Positions 55,590-64,000 of a DNA stretch of 64,000 nucleotides are shown here, piece by piece. The stretch covers positions 57,786,001 to 57,850,000 of the forward strand of contig NC_087437.1 of NCBI RefSeq assembly GCF_036321535.1, given 5' to 3'. A program made the position numbers and the translations under genes. A model generated the notes under the pieces. That model had not been told where the DNA came from. It was given only the letters and a program-made list of their open reading frames with translations, and searched no databases. Origin of the DNA: Camelus dromedarius. Its lineage: Eukaryota. Numbering within the stretch: the stretch's first letter is position 1; the number at the start of each line of letters is the position of its first letter.

Positions 55590-55711
55590 TGGGGAAAGAT
55601 TTAATGGAAAAAAAAACGAAAGCGAGTATATGTATGTACATGCAAGGCTGGGACACTGTGCTGTACACTAGAAATTGACACATCGTAATTGTACTTCAAT
55701 TTAAAAAAAAA
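55590..55711 (+). mobile_element. Short young L1 3' end
   Basis: ctgggacactgtgctgtacactagaaattgacaca...acttcaatttaaaaaaa; similar to the 3' end of the L1 at 59220-59300. Confidence 0.8.
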
Positions 55712-56897
55712 TGTGGTCAGAGACTAAAACCACTTCAAGCTTTCCCTGAGGTCCAACTCAAGGAATTTTTTAGGATACAGCTACGGCCCGCTGAACCGTG
55801 GGGCAGGTTCCAAGTCAGTATATATATCTGCTGAGGACAACTAACTGGTCTATGTCCCACACGTGAAGCTTTTCAATAAACACTTTTCAATAAAGAGCCT
55901 GAAAAAACACTAATTCATGTTGGGGAGTGTCTAACTGGAGGTGGGGTTGTCTATTTGAAATTCACTGTACATTTGATACTATGGAAATAATCAAGTAGAT
56001 GCATAAAAAGTCTATTAAAATGGTCTCTTTTTATAATAGAGAAAAATGGGATACAGTATATTCAATGAGGGGACTAGTTAATTATGAGATTATAATTATA
56101 CAGATAACTGTGCTGCCATTTAACATATAGAAGAATTTCAATGATGTGGACCAATAAACACAATTTTTGACGCAGTGAATAAAGTAGGTAGAAAAATATA
56201 TGATCCAGAGTATTTTAAGATACATTTCAACACATCTTTCAAAAGAGACAGGAATAATATATGCAAAAACATATGTTAACTGATACGAATGGGCTTCTGA
56301 TAAGAATGTTAACTCATCAACCGGCCTTCCTAAAATTCCTCAACTTTGTTATGCTCTTTCTCTCTCATCAAGGTCTTCAAAAGTTCCGTCCTCTCTGGTT
56401 GAAACACTCAGCTCCCACCACCTTCACTTAAAGGTGTCCCCTTACATCACTACCATTCCACTGGGCTCCATCTTATTAGGTACTCCTGTTACATCCTACC
56501 TTGGCACCGTGAACTTCACCCATCATATCACTATTACACACTCTGTGTCAGTTGTTAGTTAATTTATCCAAGAGACAGTTTGCTCCTCAGAGACCTCCAC
56601 TATGTCTGCTGCGCTTGTATCTATGGTACTCACACACATTGTCTAACACACATGATTCATATTCGCAAACCAATCTATCAAAAGAATAAACTGTCTTATT
56701 TTCTCCATATCATTTTTCTGAATTACACAAAGTTTCTTCAATAAACATCTATTTCTTTTCCAAGTGGAAAAAAGATAAATGTTGTACATGCTGTTATTGC
56801 CATTGAAGAGCACCATTAAAATATACATGAAAATGTTTTATAAGTATTCAGAATTTTCCATCCTTCAGAATCCAAAAGGCATGATGTCTTCTTTAAT

Positions 56898-56996
56898 CTA
56901 TCTAAGGAAACTATAATTCAAAATTTTCCACATGTCTTTCGGAATCCAAATGGCACGCTGAATTTTTAATCCATCAATATGATGAACACATTTACT
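56898..56996 (-). pseudogene. Candidate terminal exon of the unidentified minus-strand gene
   Basis: Acceptor gtattttag| at 56997. Phase 0 reads SKCVHHIDGLKIQRAIWIPKDMWKILNYSFLR*; phase 2 reads VNVFIILMD*. Confidence 0.3.
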
Positions 56997-57540
56997 CTAA
57001 AATACCATCATGTTGAGTTAGCTAAAAGATTATGAGCAGTTAGGTAAATGCCTAAAACTGTGAATGCCTTTTTCCCTTTGGAGTGTTCAAATGTTCTATT
57101 GGACTCAATGTTTTACTCACTGACAATATTTCTGCTACATTTATACTTGTTCAGGATTTATGAGGAAATGAAATAGTGTGAGGCCCAGTAAAATAGAGTC
57201 CTTTTGAACCCTTGACTACTAGGAGCAATATATATATAACAACTGTGCAGACGCTAAACTGTGTTCAACATAATTCACCTTTGCGTTAAGCTCTGCCGTT
57301 TTATTTCAGAATTACTCAAGTTATGACACTTTAAAAATAGTTTTAAGTTCTGAAAAATAATTATAGCTGTGTATTTAGAATCTTTATAAAATTTTTAGGC
57401 TTGTAGCAAATCTGTCTTAGATTATTAATATAAAAAACAATTTTATGTTTTATTTCTCATCTCCTTCCAAAGTGCATTCTGTAAATACAAATGAGAGCAA
57501 CTGGCCTATCAAAGAGGAAAAAAGAATAAGATTTACCTAC

Positions 57541-57624
57541 TTAAAGTTAAGGTGTCCATCAATATCATGGTCATTTACTCTTATTCCTGGATTACCATTT
57601 CCCAGCTTGATACAGTTTATCAAG
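57541..57624 (-). CDS. Candidate exon of unidentified gene
   Basis: Good acceptor catcctctttctag| at 57625; donors AA|GTAGGT (57540) or AG|GTAAAT (57536). Phase 2 is open (LINCIKLGNGNPGIRVNDHDIDGHLNF); phase 0 gives LDKLYQAGKW*. Confidence 0.45.
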
Positions 57625-57842
57625 CTAGAAAGAGGATGAGCTGACCCCTGACAAGGATGAAGCCTTCTAGCTACTAAGCCCTGTTTGAACTGGTCTAGGA
57701 CAAAGAGGAACACAAAGAAGACTTCAAATGCCACGTCAGAAGTGACGACAGTCCTAAAGCTTTACTGCCAAGATGGCTCGAACAGCTTTAGAGCAAGGTG
57801 GAATCTCAGACCTGATGTTTGGTAATTAGAAGATGGGGCAAG

Positions 57843-59304
57843 CAGAAATAAACCCACAGACCTACTGTCAATTAATCTTCAACAAAGGAGGCAAGAATAT
57901 ACAATGGAGAAAAAAAAATCTCTTCAGCAAGTGGTGTTGGGAAAACTGGACAGCAGCATGTAAATCAATGAAGCTAGAACAGTCCCTCACACCATAGACA
58001 AAAATAAACTCAAAATGGCTTAAAGACTTAAATATAAGATAGACACGGTAAACCTCCTAGAAGAAAACACAGGCAAAATATTCTCTGACATATTAGCAGT
58101 GTTCTCCTAGGGCAGTCTACCCAGGCAATAGAAATAAAGGAGAAAATTAACAAGTTGGACCTAATTAAACTTACAAGCTTTTGCACAGCAAAGGAAACCA
58201 TAAGCAAAACAAGACAACAACAAACTGAATGGAAGAAAATATTTGCAAATGATGCGATTGACAAAGGCTTAATTTCCAGAATATATAAACAGTTTATACA
58301 ACTTAATAACAAAAAAACAAAAAACCTAATCCAAAAATGGGCAGGAGACCTAAACAAGCAATTCTCCAACGAAGACATACAAATGATCAATAAGCACATG
58401 AAAAAATGCTCAATATCACTAATGATCAGAGAAATGCAAATCAAAACTATAATGAGGTATCACCTCACACCCAGAATGGCCATCATTCAAAAGTCCACAA
58501 ATGACAAGTGCTGGAGAGGTTGTGAAGAAAAGGGAACCCTCCTAAACTGTTGGTGGGAATGTAGTTTGGTGCAGCCATTGTGGAAAACAGTATGGAGATT
58601 CCTCAGAAAACTAATAATAGACTTACCATATGACCCAGCAATCCCATTCCTGGGCATATATCCAGAGGGAGCTCTAATTTGAAAGATGCATGCACCCCAA
58701 TGTTCACAGCAGCACTATATCCAATAGCCAAGACATGGAAACAACCTAAATGTCCATAGACAGATGACTGGATAAAGAAGATGTGGTATATTTATATAAT
58801 GAAATATTACTCAACCATAAAAAAGAATAAAATAATGCCATTTGCAGCGACATGGATGGACCTAGAGATCACCATTTTAAGTGAAGTAAACCAGACTGAG
58901 AAAGAAAAATACCATATGATATCACTCACATGTGGAATCTAAAAAGAGAAAAAAAAAAAAAGGGACACTAATAAACTCATCTACAAAACAGAAACAGACC
59001 TGCAGACATAGTGAATGATCTTATGGTTACTGTGGGAACGGGGATGGGAAGGAATAAATTTGGGAGTTTGAGATTTGCAAATGTTAGCCACTATATATAA
59101 AAATAGATCTAAAAAACCCCAAATTTCTTCTATATAGCACAGGGAACTATATTCAATATCTTGTAATAACCTATAATGGAAAAGAATATGAAAATGAATA
59201 TATGTATATACATATATGTATGACTGGGACATTATGCTGTACACCAGAAATTGATACATTTTAACTGACTATACTTCAACTTAAAAACAGTAAAAAAAAA
59301 TAAA
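57843..59304 (+). mobile_element. Young 5'-truncated LINE-1 (ORF2 C-terminus, 3'UTR, polyA)
   Basis: ORF 58155-58682 is the L1 ORF2 C-terminal region ([18 protein letters not shown]); perfect 13-bp TSD aagatggggcaag (57830-57842 / 59305-59317). Confidence 0.97.
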
Positions 59305-60420
59305 AAGATGGGGCAAGATATAACAAGAAAACCTCTGTTTTATCATCCTTGTGAGCACAGATTAGAGATGGCTGGGAATGGACCAGCATCATGGTGAAGA
59401 CAGTGAAGTCAGTTCAAAGGCCTCTGCCTGCCCTCTAACCTTTGTTCGACCCTATCCTGCCTGAGTTCTCCAAAGGCACTCCCCAAAACCAACCCCTCCT
59501 TCCCATCCCCAGCGCCAGCCCCAGCACACACATGCATTTGACATTCTTCATCCTGGACTCTCTAATTTTCTCATTTTGTTCCTCCTTCCTTCCCTTCTCA
59601 TCACATAGAGCCTGACCTAAATGAGATCTTATCCATGCCCCCATCTTTCCTAGCACTCCCCTTCCTTCAAGCACTAGTTCACATCTCATCACCCCCATGA
59701 TGTGATCAACTTTGGCTCATGTTCATTTCTCTCATTTCTAAATCTTTATTTTTTACATTGTTAAATGATGCTCCATTTGCCATCTGACTATACACTTCCT
59801 CAAATAACATGTATCTTTAATTTCTCTCCAAGTCACTGATGAACATTATTCTCAACTTCTATCATGTTCTCCATACATAGGGCCTAGTCTAGTGTGGAAA
59901 ATGCGGAACATACACAACATATAGGGTGACCCAAGCTGATTGTTTAATGATATTAGTGCTTAAAATAATTTATGATTTTCAAAGCATCTTCACAATACGA
60001 TCTGTTTCCTTTGTAGAGAAAAAATATTGCTGGTCTAAACTGATCATTTTAGCAAGGAGATTGAGACACCCGTTGAATCAGTTTGGTTTGTTTCAGGGGT
60101 AGCTTCTAGCCCTTCAAAAGTGGTAAGAACAGGTTTAAAATTCAAAACTTGGATGTTAAGTCACAGCAAAACCAGAGCGAAGCAGCTGTGAGTTTGCAAA
60201 CGCTGAATCGGGCCCTTTCTAACGCGGATCAGGAAGAATAAAACCCTTAACTTATGGACCCTCTGACTTTATCCTACAACTGCAGAGCCAGCCCAGCCAC
60301 GGCCTAGACCACCTGAACTGTTCCTCTGAAGGTGCCCACACTCGGACAGGTGTCTAGGGAAGGCACCATACTAGGATTCCTGTCTCTCTAGGCATCTTTT
60401 ACAAAGTTGTTATCTCCTAC

Positions 60421-60510
60421 CTCTGAAAATCAAGTCAAGCTTGTTTTATAGGCCTTAAAAAATCTGTTTCTGGGATCACTGTTTCATCTTTTTCTCTGGC
60501 AACTTAAATC
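60421..60510 (-). pseudogene. Exon-like segment with stops in all three frames
   Basis: Strong acceptor ttttccccag| (60511) and donor GAG|GTAGGA (60420). Best frame reads VAREKDETVIPETDFLRPIKQA*LDFQ. Confidence 0.35.
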
Positions 60511-60949
60511 CTGGGGAAAATTCAGGCTAACTAAGCTTCCGAAAGCCTGCTGAGCTGCTCTGAAGAATAAGGTTCTGCTGATTAACAAAAAAAAGAAATT
60601 CTGATCTCATAATCTTCTTTAGAAACACATGGGAACATCAAACTGAGGTACCATGGAGTCACAGAGTTGGATGATGAAGGTGTTTCTGAATCCCATTTAA
60701 GGGATCTGAGACCAGCTTTATCCCATGCCTATATCCCCTCTGGCATTTCCTTCGTTCTTTTTTAGAAGGAGAGGAAGAGATGAAAAATTACTAGAAGATT
60801 AGCCATCTTACATTCTACATACATCATTCCTAATTACTGTATCTCTGAAACTTTTGTTAACCCTTCAAATCACAGTCATTTCCGGAGGGCACCTCCATAG
60901 ATGGAAACGCTGTGCCCTTTTTCTTTGTTGTGTGCCAGTTTCCTTCTAC

Positions 60950-61063
60950 CTCATGTGAAATTGCCCCAGCCGCTATATAAAGGGTAGTATTGGACTCATG
61001 TTTTTCCCCATCCATGAAGATGTAATTGTAAGAATTTTTATCTGGAAGGTACATTCGAGATCC
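60950..61063 (-). CDS. Candidate 114-nt phase 0/0 coding exon of unidentified gene
   Basis: Acceptor ctctgtttcccacag| (61064), donor GAG|GTAGAA (60949). Only one frame is open: GSRMYLPDKNSYNYIFMDGEKHESNTTLYIAAGAISHE. Confidence 0.55.
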
Positions 61064-62047
61064 CTGTGGGAAACAGAGGCCCAGAGAGGAACAGAGATCT
61101 CCCCGAGGAATGGAGATCTCAACCCAAGTCACAGGCACCTCTGGGCCCAGAAGCACACTCCAGCCTGTGGGTTCAGAGCTTGGAGCTCTTCACATCTAAT
61201 CATTGCCTTCCTGTTACCTGTACGTAGGGATCTGGCTTTCCCTAGTAGCCTACCATCATTGCAGCCACATTTCCTATACGTGTTCATCCTCCATCCCTGA
61301 CCTCATCACCAACATTGGTAGACACCCATCGAGGCTGTGCCAGCCTGTCGTGCTGCACTGTCTGCTCCCCAACTGTCTTGTTCTCAGCTTTTAAGAGCCT
61401 TTCCTTTCTCTGCTCCCTCTGCTTGGCTAAGGCAACTCCTCAGTCCCTAAGTCTCTCTTGGGCTATTATTCAATGTTGCTTTTCTGCTACTGATGAATCC
61501 TGTAAAGCTGCCAGCAAAACTCTGCTCCTCCACAGAGACTGGCATTCCAGATGTCTCTGGAATACAACACCCATTCGTCTACAGTTGATGCCAGGCACTA
61601 ACTGGGTGCCTTGGTGAAGCCGGTGGATCCATTAAAGACAAAATGGGATTCAGTTATTTAGAGATCATTCTCATTCTGGAAACAGGTTTACTCTGTTGGA
61701 TTTAACACCAAGTGAGAAAAGGTCATTCTGCTTTCAGTGATGTAAGAGTAGCAACAGCAAAAGTTAATTCAATATTTAAGGAACAAATTGCAAGCCAAGT
61801 CAGTTCCTTCTAGGTCAGAATCAACACTCATAAAGTGCCCAGCAATGCTGGACATTGTGCTTCCCGCCTGTTACACTGGCTGTAATACGTCATTTTAACT
61901 TCACAATAACCTTAGGAGCAAAAGGATACAACCTAGGTCTGTCCAATTTAAAATCTCTGTATTTTCTACAATATGTAATGAAAACTTGCCTCTTCCTAGC
62001 TGGGGGCAGGGGTAGGGGTGGAGCAGTTTCCTGTATACACTCATAAC

Positions 62048-62096
62048 CATTCTCAGATGTGTTTTGGCATCACCGGGTGGCAATTTTCTTGCTCCT
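62048..62096 (-). CDS. Candidate 49-nt phase 2/0 exon
   Basis: Branch-like ccctaat plus tttaag| acceptor; weak donor ATG|GTTATG. Reads GARKLPPGDAKTHLRM, and its phase bridges the two flanking exons. Confidence 0.35.
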
Positions 62097-62990
62097 CTTA
62101 AATGACATTAGGGATTCTAGGCCCATGACTGGTTGGGACTCTCAGAGGGCAGCAGGGATTCTGGTACCTGTCTTATCAGCTTGACCCAGGGAGACTGGGC
62201 CTCTAGAATTCTGGGGCTCTTCAGTTCCCCACTTTCTGAGGAGGGGTTGCCTGCCATGTCCTTCCCTCCATGCTCCCTGTACACCGCCCCACCCATGCAC
62301 AAGTGAAATAATAACTGTAGGTGGGAGACTGCAGCCAAAAGTCAATTGCTTTATATGGAGGTGGGGAAGGGGATTAGCTATGCTTACAGAAATGGAATAT
62401 TATATCTAAGAGTTCCACTTCATGGATGAAACCCCATGATTACTTATATTTAGTTGCATATATGTATACATATACATATATATTTAGTTGAAATGTAGCA
62501 ATGTCTCTAAGAGCTAGGAAGAGAGCAATATAGTTGTAGCTGTAATAATATATGAAAATATGATATCATATTGGAACTAAATTATCAAAAGACTGGAGTT
62601 TAATATTGGAAAGTGAGGAGCAGCCCATAAAAGACAAAATGATCATTATCATAATGATTACTGTACATAAAATTTGCTGAACACGTGTGTGAAAAGGCAT
62701 CATACAAAAATCAAATGAAGAAGTAGACAGTCATTGCTTACTAGGCACTATTGATTATTTTTTTGGTTGGATAACTCAGATGAGAGTTTGTTACCAAACA
62801 GATAAATAGTATGCAACAGCCCCTAAAAGTGATCCAGAAAATTACCTGGATCAATTGGATTACTGAAGCACACAGATTAACCTATATTGGAGTCCTGGCT
62901 CTGCTAACCTTGTAAATTTATAAAGTTAATTTTTTGAATCCCAATTTCCTCATCTACATATAGGACATAATAATATCCATCTCAGTGGGG

Positions 62991-63119
62991 TTTTTTTTGG
63001 GGGGGGATAATTAGGTTTATTTATTTACTTATTTATTTTAATGGAGGTGCTGGTTATTGAACCCAGGACCTCCTACATGCTAAGCATGTGCTCTACCACT
63101 GAGCTAAACCCTCTCCCCT
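62991..63119 (-). mobile_element. Vic-1-like tRNA-Ala SINE adjacent to a MIR
   Basis: ttgaacccaggacctcctacatgctaagcatgtgctctaccactgagctaaaccctctcccc. Confidence 0.9.
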
Positions 63120-63714
63120 TCAGAAAGAATTTTCAGTCCTGAAGTCTTGGGTACCATCTACAAAGATGGCTGGAAAAGACAATACATAAACTCATTTTCA
63201 CTCTCTCTTTTGGCTATTTAATTCAGTTATTGTATCAGTAACTGCTATCAGTTTTCTTTGGGCGTCTATGATTTCTTTGGATTTAACAGCACTTTGAAAG
63301 CAGTTACATATTAAGGAATCCAGCATGTGGTATTACATTATGAAATGAAAATGATATAAATAATGGTGTTATTATGAACAAAAATAAAAGTTTTTTTTAT
63401 AATAATGTCAACTTTGGAGCTTTAGACTTTACATGTTATTTTACATATATTAACCCCTTTAATCTATGCAATATCCTAGGATACAGGGATCTTATTCCTA
63501 CTTTATACATGAAGATATTAAAGTTCAGCAAGTTAATTCACTCAAGGTCTACGCAGCTAGAAAGTGGGAGATGGCATTTATATGCAGGTCTTCTGATTCG
63601 GGTTCAGGGGTCTTTTCACTACATCAAAGCATCCTGGAATCCCTTATGCAGGAAGTCAATCAGTAATTCATAATGTTCTAGAGATTTAAAGAATAAAACA
63701 TATTATCATTTTAC

Positions 63715-63832
63715 CCTATTAACAGCTGTATGTATTTGTGATCACTCCTTGAGATCTCATGTGAGAACTTTTTATACCCAAGTTCTGAGAGCAACAGCGG
63801 TGTAACCAAGGTCCCTGGAAATCTATGTGAAC
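63715..63832 (-). CDS. Candidate phase 1/2 coding exon
   Basis: Acceptor caccag| (63833; in-phase alternative tttccag ~63815), donor AGG|GTAAAA (63714). Open frame SHRFPGTLVTPLLLSELGYKKFSHEISRSDHKYIQLLI. Confidence 0.45.
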
Positions 63833-64000
63833 CTGGTGCCAGGGTCAAGAATTTCATATTTTATTAGCTTATTTTCAAAGCTTAGCCATACAATTTTTGT
63901 GTTTAAAACATACAAATCAGCTATAGTGGTCCTAGGAGTTTACTATTAGAAGCTAATATAATTGCTGCAGGAGTGGGTAACAAATCATTTATACAAGCAG

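Noticed and set aside
1..64000. Gene symbol assignment; CRISPR arrays, rRNA or snoRNA genes
   Set aside because: No peptide or RNA gene that I recognise; no repeat-spacer arrays; the sequence is eukaryotic

Overview
Mammalian genomic DNA, very likely camelid: it holds four copies of a tRNA-Ala(AGC)-derived SINE matching the Vic-1 family, plus young L1s. No complete gene is present. There are two CpG islands. The first (~3.3-4.7 kb) has several minus-strand splice donors, suggesting alternative first exons of a gene running off the left edge, and signs of a divergent plus-strand transcript. The second (~46.4-47.2 kb) has no obvious coding exon and is bracketed by CTCF-consensus motifs. At ~56.9-63.8 kb a chain of minus-strand exon-like segments looks like the 3' part of an unidentified, possibly decaying gene. 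The rest is repeat-rich: truncated or internally deleted L1s with TSDs, two ERV1-type solo LTRs, MaLR/ERVL LTRs, MER58/MER46-type DNA transposon relics, MIR/L2/L3 relics and microsatellites. Most ORF-track entries are L1 fragments or GC-rich noise. I could not name any gene. Repeat subfamily names come from recalled consensus motifs, not a database search. I see no convincing new biological system; the best leads are the exon chain, a 5'-3' fused L1 with TSDs and a compound quasi-palindrome.
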